Positions 50,121 to 58,511 of a DNA stretch of 64,000 nucleotides are shown in pieces (the stretch's first letter is position 1; the number at the start of each line of letters is the position of its first letter). The notes below the pieces were generated by a model. The model searched no databases and had not been told where the DNA came from. It saw nothing but the letters and a program-made list of their open reading frames with translations. The translations under genes were made by a program, and so were the position numbers. Source of the DNA: Candidatus Woesearchaeota archaeon. GTDB taxonomy: Archaea; Nanobdellota; Nanobdellia; Pacearchaeales; GW2011-AR1. The stretch lies in assembly GCA_964490795.1 (NCBI GenBank), contig CAZBDY010000001.1, forward strand, positions 24,806 through 88,805, given 5' to 3'.

Positions 50121-50618
50121 AACTTTCGCTTTTCGTAGCGACTTCTTTTAGAAAAAGAAGCAAAAGCGAGTCTCTCCACCTCAAAAAATTTATTTTCTTT
50201 TTAGAAAAAAGAAACAAAAAAGAGCGCGTGCCCTAAAAGATAGTCTTCTACGAAGATAATTTATATAATAAAACTCAAACTCAACTCTGCGGTTTTTTCT
50301 TTTCAAGAAAAAATCCTCGGGGACGTCTTGCAGACTTTCGCTTCTCTCACCCTCTTTTTTCGGGACACATTTTTCCCAAATTTTTCCTTCGGAAAAACTC
50401 TCGAGCGTTCCACAATTTTTCCAGCTCTGACTTCGTCGAGGGAAAAATTTCTACACCTCGAGCCCTACGGGTTTTTTAATCGCGATGTTCAACTCAATAA
50501 ATTTCTGGCGGTAACTCAATACCCCTCCCTCCTGCATTACCTAATTAATTCTAAAAATTATAAAAGAAAAGATTTATATAGTATTTCTTACATATCTTAC
50601 TATTAAGAGGAAAATAAA

Positions 50619-50873
50619 ATGCAAGATGAAATCAAAGACATAAAAATTGTGAAGATTACAAATAAAGGGCAGATTTGTATTCCTAGTGTAGCAAGATCAC
50701 TAGCAGGATTCAAGGAAGGAACAAAAATTAGCGTGGTAGTTTATTCTGACCGTGTTGAGTTAAAGCCACTTAAAAAAATAAGTGAAGATATGTTTCCGGC
50801 TTTAATTTCTGAAGAAGTTCTTGCAGAAGCATGGGATACTCCAGAAGAGGATGAAATATGGAAGGATTTATGA
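50619..50873 (+). CDS. AbrB/MazE-family antitoxin
   Basis: SpoVT/AbrB swapped-hairpin motif KITNKGQICIPSVARSLAGFKEGTKISV. Confidence 0.6.
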   Translation: MQDEIKDIKIVKITNKGQICIPSVARSLAGFKEGTKISVVVYSDRVELKPLKKISEDMFPALISEEVLAEAWDTPEEDEIWKDL

Positions 50874-51199
50874 ATTATGAAAAAGGGGATGTTGTAATTT
50901 TTAAATTTCCTTTTTCCAAGGGTGAAAAAGCTAAGAAAAGACCTTCTTTAGTTGTGGTAAAATTAAGAGGAGAGAGTGTTATACTCTGCCAAATTACTGG
51001 GCAACAAAGACCAGATCCAAATATTCTAGAGTTAAAAAGAAAAGAATTTCAATCTGGAGGAATTTCAAGAGATAGTTTTATTCGTCCATCTGTTTTGTTT
51101 ACAATTAACAAGTCAAGGATAGAATACAAAGCAGGAAGATTAAACCAAGAAAAAATTAAACAGGTTGAAAACGAACTTGTTAAGATTTTTACACAATAA
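50858..51199 (+). CDS. MazF/PemK-family toxin (endoribonuclease)
   Basis: GDVVIFKFPFSKGEKAKKRPSLVV is the PemK signature; overlaps the antitoxin stop by 16 nt. Confidence 0.6.
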   Translation: MEGFMNYEKGDVVIFKFPFSKGEKAKKRPSLVVVKLRGESVILCQITGQQRPDPNILELKRKEFQSGGISRDSFIRPSVLFTINKSRIEYKAGRLNQEKIKQVENELVKIFTQ

Positions 51200-51281
51200 T
51201 TCCCAAAAGAATATTTTTCAGATACAAAATAAAATTTTACCCCCACAACTTTATAAAAGGAACAATCTATCTTATAAAATC

Positions 51282-52454
51282 ATGAAGGAGTTCACACTGC
51301 CAGATTATAATGGAGGAAGTATAGTTAATTTAATGAGTTCTATTGCTAATTCTTTTGGAACAAAAACAATATATCGTCCTCTTAAAATTCTTCCTCCTGA
51401 AAAACTTAAAGACAAGAAGAATATAGCACTTTTGATTATAGATGGAATGGGTTATGAATATCTTAAGAAAAAAGAAAAGATGACTATACTTAATGATTAT
51501 CTTGCTGGTTCAATGACCTCTGTTTTTTTACCTACTACTGCTTCAGCAATAACAACCTTTCTTACAGGTGTTGCTCCACAACAACACGCATTTACTGGAT
51601 GGTATATGTTGCTTAAAGAAATTGGAGTGGTTTCAACAATATTGCCCTTTTCTCCAAGAGTTGGTGGAGATGCTTTTAGTAGTCAAGGAATTGAAGTGAA
51701 AGATGTGTTAAACCAAAAAGCATTTACTAGCAAGATAAAAGCGAGCAATTTTTCAATAAAGCATAAAAAAATTGCCTATTCAGATTTTTCAAAAGAGATG
51801 TCAAAAAATTCAAAGATTCTTCCTTATGGAACTTTGAATGGATTTTTTATGCAAATCAAGAAAGCTATAACTTCCAACAACAGGCGAAAATATATCTATG
51901 CCTACTGGCCTGAATTAGATTCCCTAAATCATAAACATGGTGTTGAACATAAAAAAGCAGAGAAACATTTTAAACAAATAGACAAAAAATTGAGAAGTTT
52001 CATTAAAAGTCTAAAAGGAACAAACACTCTTTTGATAATAACAGCAGACCACGGATTTACAAACACTCCTGTTGAGAGAATTATCAAATTAGAAGAACAT
52101 CCAAAAATGAAAGAGTGTTTAACACTGCCTCTTTGCGGAGAGGGAAGAGTTGCTTATTGTTATGTTCATCCTGAAAAAACTAATCAATTTGAGAATTATG
52201 TTAAGAAAAAGTTGGGTAAATATTGTCTTCTTTTCAAAAGTCAAGAATTGATAAAGAAAAATTATTTTGGATTAAAAGAACCAAATCCAAAACTTTTTGA
52301 TAGAATAGGAGATTATATTCTTGTGTTTAAAGAAAATTATATAATCAAAGATAAGATTAAAAAATACAAGAAAAAGAAAAAACCTAATATTGGACATCAC
52401 GGAGGAGTTAGTAGAAATGAAATGATTGTTCCTTTAGTCCTTATAGATTGTTAA
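51282..52454 (+). CDS. alkaline-phosphatase-superfamily type I phosphodiesterase/nucleotide pyrophosphatase (NPP)-like enzyme
   Basis: ALLIIDGMGYEYL, PTTASAITTFLTG (Thr nucleophile), YWPELDSLNHKHG, ITADHGF, IGHHGG. Start moved to the internal ATG at 51282 to avoid overlap with mazF. Confidence 0.55.
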   Translation: MKEFTLPDYNGGSIVNLMSSIANSFGTKTIYRPLKILPPEKLKDKKNIALLIIDGMGYEYLKKKEKMTILNDYLAGSMTSVFLPTTASAITTFLTGVAPQQHAFTGWYMLLKEIGVVSTILPFSPRVGGDAFSSQGIEVKDVLNQKAFTSKIKASNFSIKHKKIAYSDFSKEMSKNSKILPYGTLNGFFMQIKKAITSNNRRKYIYAYWPELDSLNHKHGVEHKKAEKHFKQIDKKLRSFIKSLKGTNTLLIITADHGFTNTPVERIIKLEEHPKMKECLTLPLCGEGRVAYCYVHPEKTNQFENYVKKKLGKYCLLFKSQELIKKNYFGLKEPNPKLFDRIGDYILVFKENYIIKDKIKKYKKKKKPNIGHHGGVSRNEMIVPLVLIDC

Positions 52455-52633
52455 AAATCCCCATTTTCTTTTTTAGAAAGAAAGAAACAAAAAAGCACAC
52501 CTCAAATTTTATGGGATGGCTATTTGCCCGCGACCCGCTCTTTCTAATTGATAAAAAGTTACTGAAAAAGCAAATCACTCGACCCACCAAAAACTAAGAG
52601 AGATTTTAGAAATATTATATGCTCTTTTTCAAA

Positions 52634-53035
52634 TTAGATTAATAATAAAAATTTTTCTGGACTAATAATCTTTATCATATCATAAGCTTTTAATTTTAAT
52701 AAGTGTTTATCTTGGCTTATAATAAAATCTGCTTTCCCACTTATTCCTGCTTCAAGAAATTTATTATCATTAGGATCATTTTTTATAATACTAAGTTTTA
52801 TTGTAGGTTCAACAATAATAGAATTTTTAATTATCAATCTTCTCCATTCTTCTATCATATTCCCAGGCATTTGAATTTTGAAATTTTTTAATGTTTTTAC
52901 AAACTCTTCTAGAATCTCTATAGAACTAACTAATTCAAAATCCTTATTTTTCCATTTATTTATTATTTTGGAACAAAAATTTCCTTCCCAGAAAATTCCA
53001 GAGACAAAAACATTCGTATCAAGGACAACCCTCAT
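52634..53035 (-). CDS. PIN-domain toxin (VapC-like)
   Basis: MRVVLDTNVFVSG..., acidic residues DTN/E/D in PIN spacing, 133 aa. Confidence 0.6.
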   Translation of the reverse strand: MRVVLDTNVFVSGIFWEGNFCSKIINKWKNKDFELVSSIEILEEFVKTLKNFKIQMPGNMIEEWRRLIIKNSIIVEPTIKLSIIKNDPNDNKFLEAGISGKADFIISQDKHLLKLKAYDMIKIISPEKFLLLI

Positions 53036-53292
53036 TTTATTCTGCTTTGTTTAATTGCTTTTTCTACATCAGAATCTTTTATTCCCTTATTTTTAGCAAA
53101 ATCTCTTGTTTTTTTGAGTAGTTTATCTATTCCGCTAAAAGAAGGCATCTCTAGTTTTTTCAATATAATTGTATTATTTTCTCCAATAACAACAAATTTT
53201 TCCCCAGTGTGAATTCTCATTTTGTCTCTCAAATTTTGAGGAATAACTACTTGCCCTCTTGAACTTACACTTGTTATTTCAACATTTTCCAT
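53032..53292 (-). CDS. AbrB/SpoVT-family antitoxin (VapB-like)
   Basis: ITSVSSRGQVVIPQNLRDKMRIHTGEKFVV; 4 nt stop/start overlap with the PIN gene. Confidence 0.6.
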   Translation of the reverse strand: MENVEITSVSSRGQVVIPQNLRDKMRIHTGEKFVVIGENNTIILKKLEMPSFSGIDKLLKKTRDFAKNKGIKDSDVEKAIKQSRIK

Positions 53293-53497
53293 TTTAACCT
53301 CCCAATAAGTTTATGTTATTAGTAAGATTATCTTATTTATAAACCTTTCGAAATCCCCCTTTTCTTTAAAAAAAGCACACTTCACTCTAATAAATAACCC
53401 GAAAGAATATTATTTCAGATTAATAAAAATATCATTCAAAAATTCAAACTAACAAGAATAACAACAAACTTAAATATTACTATTTTATATTTATATT

Positions 53498-54304
53498 ATG
53501 AACCTAATAGACATCCACTCACATCTAGATCATAGCAAATTTAAATCAGACTTAGATAAAGTTATTGAAAGAGCAAAAAAACAAGGAGTAAAAAAAATAA
53601 TAACTTCAGGAGTAAATTCTTCAACAAACAGATTAATTTTAGAAATTCAGAAAAAATATCCTGAAATAATTGAATGTTCTTTTGGAATCTACCCCCTAGA
53701 TGCTTTAGCTTCTGAAATGAATCAAGGAGAATCTTCTGGCTTTGTAAGAGATATTGAAAAATTTGATTTAAATAAAGAACTAAAATGGATAGAAAAAAAT
53801 AAAGATAAATGTTTGGCAATAGGAGAAGCAGGATTAGATTATAAGTTTACTAAACAAGAAAAATTAAAACAAGAACAAAAAAAGATATTTGAAAAAGTTA
53901 TTAAGTTAACAGAGAAAATAAACAAACCAGTAATAGTACATACAAGAAAAGCTGAACTTGATTCAGTAGAAATGTTAGAAAAATCAAAAATAAAAAACAT
54001 AATTCTACATTGTTTTAATGGAAGAAAACATTTAATTAAAAGAGCAGTTGAAAATAAGTGGTATTTATCAATACCTCCAATTATAACAAGGCTTCAACAT
54101 TTTCAAATGCTAGCTGAAATAGTACCTTTGACTCAGATTTTAACAGAAACAGATTCTCCATATTTATCACCAGTTTCAGGAGAAAGAAATGAATCTTCCA
54201 ATGTAAAAACCACAATAAAGGAAATAGCAAAAATAAAAAACCTTTCTGAGGAAAAAACAGCAGAACAAATATATAAAAATTTTAAAAACATATTTTTAAA
54301 ATGA
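53498..54304 (+). CDS. TatD-family metal-dependent hydrolase/DNase
   Basis: MNLIDIHSHLD... with His/Glu/Asp metal ligands (HTRKA, HCFNG, ETDSPY). Confidence 0.65.
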   Translation: MNLIDIHSHLDHSKFKSDLDKVIERAKKQGVKKIITSGVNSSTNRLILEIQKKYPEIIECSFGIYPLDALASEMNQGESSGFVRDIEKFDLNKELKWIEKNKDKCLAIGEAGLDYKFTKQEKLKQEQKKIFEKVIKLTEKINKPVIVHTRKAELDSVEMLEKSKIKNIILHCFNGRKHLIKRAVENKWYLSIPPIITRLQHFQMLAEIVPLTQILTETDSPYLSPVSGERNESSNVKTTIKEIAKIKNLSEEKTAEQIYKNFKNIFLK

Positions 54305-54855
54305 AATCAAAAAAAATACAAGAAATAAAACAAAACATATCTTCTTTATTAAGTAATATCTCAGATAATATTGATTCTTTGTATGAGATAGCTACAAAAG
54401 ATGAAAAAACAAAAATTTATAATTATAAATTTTTTTCAGAATTATTTAGCATAGAATTTGAAAAAGCAAAAAGAGGACAAAAACTTTCACTTGCAATATT
54501 TGATATAGATTATTTTAAAAAAATAAATTCAAAATATGGACATATTAAGGCAGATGATTTTTTAGTAAAAATAGCAAAAATAATTCAAAATAGCATAAGA
54601 AAATCAGATATTTTAGCAAGATTTGGAGGAGAAGAATTTATTTTATTATTGCCTCTGACTTCAAAAACAAAAGCTAAAAAAACAGCTGAAAGAATAAGAA
54701 GACAAATTGAAAAAAATTTTAAAAAATACAACATAACAATTTCTGGAGGGATTTCACAATACAAGAAAAAAGACACTAAATCTAATTTTAAGAAAAGAGC
54801 TGATAAAGCATTATATAAAGCAAAAAAAGTGAGGAACAAAATGGTTTGCTTATAG
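54301..54855 (+). CDS. stand-alone GGDEF-domain protein (putative diguanylate cyclase)
   Basis: LAIFDIDYFKKINSKYGHIKADDFL ... RFGGEEFILLLP (GGEEF active-site variant) ... ITISGGISQY; 184 aa with no sensor domain. Confidence 0.55.
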   Translation: MKSKKIQEIKQNISSLLSNISDNIDSLYEIATKDEKTKIYNYKFFSELFSIEFEKAKRGQKLSLAIFDIDYFKKINSKYGHIKADDFLVKIAKIIQNSIRKSDILARFGGEEFILLLPLTSKTKAKKTAERIRRQIEKNFKKYNITISGGISQYKKKDTKSNFKKRADKALYKAKKVRNKMVCL

Positions 54856-55376
54856 TTAAAATGAATTTAATTAATGAAATAAAATCTGGAAAAGTTTTCA
54901 TATATCCTACGGATACAGTATACGGGTTAGGGTGCAATGCATTAAATAAGAAAGCAGTAGAAAAAATCAAAAATATTAAAAAAAGAAATAAAAATAAACC
55001 TCTTTCTATAATATCTCCAGATTATAAATGGATAGAAAGAAAGTGTATCATTAATTTGGATTTAAAAAAATATCTTCCTGGGCCATATACCCTTATTTTA
55101 AAAAAGAGAGATAAAAATTTTCTTAAACATATATCTAAAACAGAATTTTTAGGAATTAGGATTCCTGACAATGAGTTTAGTTATAAAGTCCAAAAATCAG
55201 GAGTCCCTTTTGTAACAACCTCAGTTAATAAGTCAGGAGAGAAGCCTGCATCTCAAATAAAGGAAATTCCTGAAGAAATAAAAAGCCAAGCAGATATTAT
55301 CATAGATAAAGGAAAGTTGTCTGGAAAACCCTCTACCTTGATTATGGGAGAGGAAAAAATAAAAAGAGACAGATAA
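54846..55376 (+). CDS. L-threonylcarbamoyladenylate synthase (Sua5/YrdC/TsaC family)
   Basis: FIYPTDTVYGLGCNA ... PLSIISPD ... VTTSVNKSGEKP YrdC motifs. Confidence 0.7.
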   Translation: MLIVKMNLINEIKSGKVFIYPTDTVYGLGCNALNKKAVEKIKNIKKRNKNKPLSIISPDYKWIERKCIINLDLKKYLPGPYTLILKKRDKNFLKHISKTEFLGIRIPDNEFSYKVQKSGVPFVTTSVNKSGEKPASQIKEIPEEIKSQADIIIDKGKLSGKPSTLIMGEEKIKRDR

Positions 55377-55383
55377 AAATCAA

Positions 55384-55761
55384 CTAAGAAAAATAAAATT
55401 CTTCATTTAAATCATCACTATGAGCTATTAAATCAGTTGCTGTGATTATTCCTATTAATTCACTTTTCTTCATAACTGGTAGTCTTTTTATTTTATTTTT
55501 AGACATAATAAAAGCAGCATCATCTATACTTTGATTGTGTTCAATTGATTCAACTGTTTTTGACATAACTTTGGAAACACTTTTGTTTGAATTTGAAAAA
55601 TTTTTCATAATATCTCTTTCTGTAATTATTCCTGAAATTTTCTTTCCTTTAATAACAATTAAACTTCCTATATTTTCATCAGACATTATTTTAGCTACCT
55701 GTTTTAAAGAAATATTATCTTTTACAACCTTCACCTTACTCATTATTTCAGAAACTTTCAT
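55384..55761 (-). CDS. CBS-domain pair protein
   Basis: Two CBS repeats (VSEIMSKVKVVKDNISLKQVAKIM..., VMSKTVESIEHNQSIDDAAFIM...). Confidence 0.55.
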   Translation of the reverse strand: MKVSEIMSKVKVVKDNISLKQVAKIMSDENIGSLIVIKGKKISGIITERDIMKNFSNSNKSVSKVMSKTVESIEHNQSIDDAAFIMSKNKIKRLPVMKKSELIGIITATDLIAHSDDLNEEFYFS

Positions 55762-55771
55762 TTGATATAAA

Positions 55772-56068
55772 TTACTTATTTAATTTGTTATAGATTAAAG
55801 CAAATATTAAGGAAATGAAAAAAACATCAATTCCAGAATATATTCCAGCTAAAATTATTCCAATAATAGACAGAGATGCTCCAAAAAATCCATAAATACT
55901 TAAGATTATCCTTCCTGCTAAAACAGCATATCCAAACTTGGTAAAAATCAGAGTTATTATCACACATAACGAAGTCACTATCCCCCAAGCTAAACCAAAA
56001 TTAACTGAATTTAATTTTAGATATTTTTCTGTTTTTTGGCTCCTCTTTTTTATCTCTTTTTTCTTCAT
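55772..56068 (-). CDS. small membrane protein
   Basis: 98 aa, 3 TM helices. Confidence 0.3.
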   Translation of the reverse strand: MKKKEIKKRSQKTEKYLKLNSVNFGLAWGIVTSLCVIITLIFTKFGYAVLAGRIILSIYGFFGASLSIIGIILAGIYSGIDVFFISLIFALIYNKLNK

Positions 56069-56101
56069 GTTAAATTTAATATTTTTTTATTTATAAATCT
56101 A

Positions 56102-56181
56102 CGCCCCAACCAGGAATCGAACCTGGACGCCCAAAGGGCCAAGCACTCCAAGCTTGTGCAATACCATTATGCGATTGGGGC
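56102..56181 (-). tRNA. tRNA-Ser (anticodon GGA), type II
   Basis: Manual fold: acceptor GCCCCAA/UUGGGGC, anticodon stem CAAGC/GCUUG with loop UUGGAGU, variable arm GCCCUUUGGGC, T-arm CCAGG-UUCGAUU-CCUGG, discriminator G. Confidence 0.65.
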
Positions 56182-56212
56182 TTTAAATTGTTAGAAAAAG
56201 TTAATTTTTAAA

Positions 56213-56884
56213 TTATTTGGTTAAGAAACTTTCTAAATCTTGCCAAATTTTATCAGTAACTTCTGTTTTAGATAATCTTTTTCCTGTTTCATGATTCACA
56301 CAATCAATTAAAAGCCAGTCATTTTTTGATTTACACAACCAAGAAAAAGTTTCCATAACTCTTTCCTGATAATCTTCATTTGATTCATGCCCATCTTGTT
56401 TTCTTTCTTCTCTATCCATAGCTTTAACAGACTCAGTTCTAGGAACCCATAATCCATAAGTTCTATCTGGCATTGCAACTCCTAATCTTTTTTCAAAATC
56501 TATATTCCACTTAACAAAATCTTCTCTTTCTTCTGGAGGAAGTTTAGCTGCCTGATGAATCCAGTTACTTCCAATATATCTATCACATAAAATGTTTGTT
56601 CCAGAAATTAAATGATATCCTATTAATGATGCTTTCTCTTCTCTATTCCAGGCATAAGGTGCTGCTGATTGTTTTGGTGGAAGTTTAGCTGGATCTCCAA
56701 ATTCTCCATTTAAATAAGCTCTTATCATTTTTCCTGTAGTAGTAGTATAATCAGGAAAACTAAAACTAAATATTTTTATTCCAGAACTTTTTGCTCTTTC
56801 TAATAATCTTTTTGTTTGAGTTGCTTTTCCTGCACCATCACTTCCCTCTATTGATATTATTTTGCCTCTTTTTGCCATTTTCAC
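56213..56884 (-). CDS. tmk: thymidylate kinase-like P-loop kinase
   Basis: ISIEGSDGAGKATQ P-loop and LCDRYIGSNWIHQAA (DRY..S..AYQ-like). Confidence 0.55.
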   Translation of the reverse strand: MKMAKRGKIISIEGSDGAGKATQTKRLLERAKSSGIKIFSFSFPDYTTTTGKMIRAYLNGEFGDPAKLPPKQSAAPYAWNREEKASLIGYHLISGTNILCDRYIGSNWIHQAAKLPPEEREDFVKWNIDFEKRLGVAMPDRTYGLWVPRTESVKAMDREERKQDGHESNEDYQERVMETFSWLCKSKNDWLLIDCVNHETGKRLSKTEVTDKIWQDLESFLTK

Positions 56885-57723
56885 TCTTCAACATTATAAG
56901 CCTTTCCTTCTTCTGCTTCTTGTTTTAATCTTGCTCTTCCTGACTCAAATAAAGCTTGAACCATTTCAGAATCAGAATTCCATGTTCTTTCTTCAAAACT
57001 TCTTTGTTTTAAAGTTTTAAGAAAACCCTTAAAATTATTAAAATAACTTCCATAAATATGGTAAGAATCAGCAATATGAATATATTGTCCTGGTTTTATT
57101 TCTCTTCCTTTTCTTTTTGAAACCTCTTCTGCCACATATCTTTGAATATCTGTAAATGCCCACATATTCATAAAAGCAGCTTTAAAAGCATCATTACTTC
57201 TCATATGCATATTTAATCTTAATTCATCTCCAAAAATTCTAAACCACATTCTTTGTAAACAAGCAGGATCATCAACAGTTGGGTCAACATCAGGTTTCCA
57301 TGTAATTGCTTGTGCTCTTCTTGTGTGAGGGGCTTCAGATAATTTTGGGATAACTTGTTCATTAATCTGGTCAATTAATTTAACTTTTCCTGTTTTATCC
57401 CTAACATCATATTCAAATAATCTTTGATGGTAAGTATAACTCCATTTTCCCTCTTCTGGATTTACCCATGAATCATGAACACCATTTGTTACTTCTTGTC
57501 TATAAACTTCTAAATCTTCTAAACCTCCAGGAAAAGCCTTATGAATTCTTGGTTCTTGAAAAGGATTTGCAACAACAATAGTGGCTGTGACATCTCTTGA
57601 TTTAGGGTCTTCTGGTTTATCATATTCGGTTTTAATTCTATCCCCTTCCTCCCATGTTTTTACTACTGATTTTTCCCATGCTTCTGGCAAAGTTTTAGCA
57701 TCAACATATATATTTGAAGTCAT
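56881..57723 (-). CDS. ThyA-family protein (thymidylate synthase / nucleotide hydroxymethylase-like)
   Basis: PACLQRMWF ... LRLNMHMRSNDAFKAAFMNMWAFT aligns with ThyA PPCH..QF ... [25 protein letters not shown] (catalytic Cys retained, His replaced); 4 nt overlap with tmk. Confidence 0.5.
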   Translation of the reverse strand: MTSNIYVDAKTLPEAWEKSVVKTWEEGDRIKTEYDKPEDPKSRDVTATIVVANPFQEPRIHKAFPGGLEDLEVYRQEVTNGVHDSWVNPEEGKWSYTYHQRLFEYDVRDKTGKVKLIDQINEQVIPKLSEAPHTRRAQAITWKPDVDPTVDDPACLQRMWFRIFGDELRLNMHMRSNDAFKAAFMNMWAFTDIQRYVAEEVSKRKGREIKPGQYIHIADSYHIYGSYFNNFKGFLKTLKQRSFEERTWNSDSEMVQALFESGRARLKQEAEEGKAYNVEE

Positions 57724-57782
57724 AGCATAGAATGAAAAATGTTTTTTATAAATAAATAGGTAATAAAAAATATATTTTCAAG

Positions 57783-58091
57783 TTAAACTTTAGTTTCAAT
57801 TTTAATTGAAACACTTCTTGGAATAGAAATTCTCATAATAGAATGAAGAACCTTATCATTAGCAGGCAAATCAATAACTCTTTTATGAATTCTCATCTCA
57901 TACCTATCAAAAGTAGCAGTACCATCACCACAAGGAGATTTTCTTGTAGTAACTTTTAATCTTTTAGTTGGAAGAGGGGTAGGCCCTGAAATAACAACCC
58001 CTGATTTGCCAGCTATCTCTTTAATTGTCTGGCATACACTATTTAAAGCTGTTATATCCACACTACTTAACTTAATTCTTACTCTTGCCAT
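57783..58091 (-). CDS. rps10: 30S ribosomal protein uS10
   Basis: ARVRIKLSSVDITALNSVCQTIKEIAGKSGVVISGPTPLPTKRL...TRKSPCGDG...MRIHKRVIDL. The track start (58106) is a TTG extension; the ATG at 58089-58091 is preferred. Confidence 0.8.
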   Translation of the reverse strand: MARVRIKLSSVDITALNSVCQTIKEIAGKSGVVISGPTPLPTKRLKVTTRKSPCGDGTATFDRYEMRIHKRVIDLPANDKVLHSIMRISIPRSVSIKIETKV

Positions 58092-58106
58092 AATATAAAT
58101 TAACAA

Positions 58107-58470
58107 TTAGTCCAGTTTAAAAAGCTTACTATTCATTTTTATACATGTATCTAAATCAGGAATTAGATTCATATTAATAGATTTTTTTGGTTCTATCCAT
58201 TTAAAATTTTTATGTTCTTTTTTATTTATTTTAATAGGTCTATTAATTAAAATCCCCAATATTTAAACCAGTTTCTTCATTTATTTCTCTTTTAATAGCT
58301 TTATGTAGATTTTCATTATTTTGAATTTTCCCAGCAGGCAAGCCCCAGGTATTTCCTTCTGGTTTTTTATCTTGTCTATGTAGTAGGAGAATTTTCTTTT
58401 GATTTTCACAAAAACTTGCAACAACCTCAAATACAGGATTAAAATTTTTTGGTTCTTCTTTTTTTATCAT
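58107..58470 (-). pseudogene. Nudix hydrolase with apparent +1 frameshift (or sequencing indel)
   Basis: Nudix box GKIQNNENLHKAIKREINEETGL sits in the 58243..58470 frame, which stops after GDFN. Shifting one base continues ...GILINRPIKINKKEHKNFKWIEPKK...DTCIKMNSKLFKLD to a stop at 58107. Confidence 0.45.
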
Positions 58471-58511
58471 ATATAAAATAACTTTTTAAACTTTAAATTC
58501 ATTTTCTTTAT

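Noticed and set aside
50328-50606. 92 aa ORF upstream of the MazE-like gene
   Set aside because: It spans the third copy of the composite repeat (ccagctctgacttcgtcgaggg...gagccctacgggtttttta), so it is non-coding by the same reasoning.
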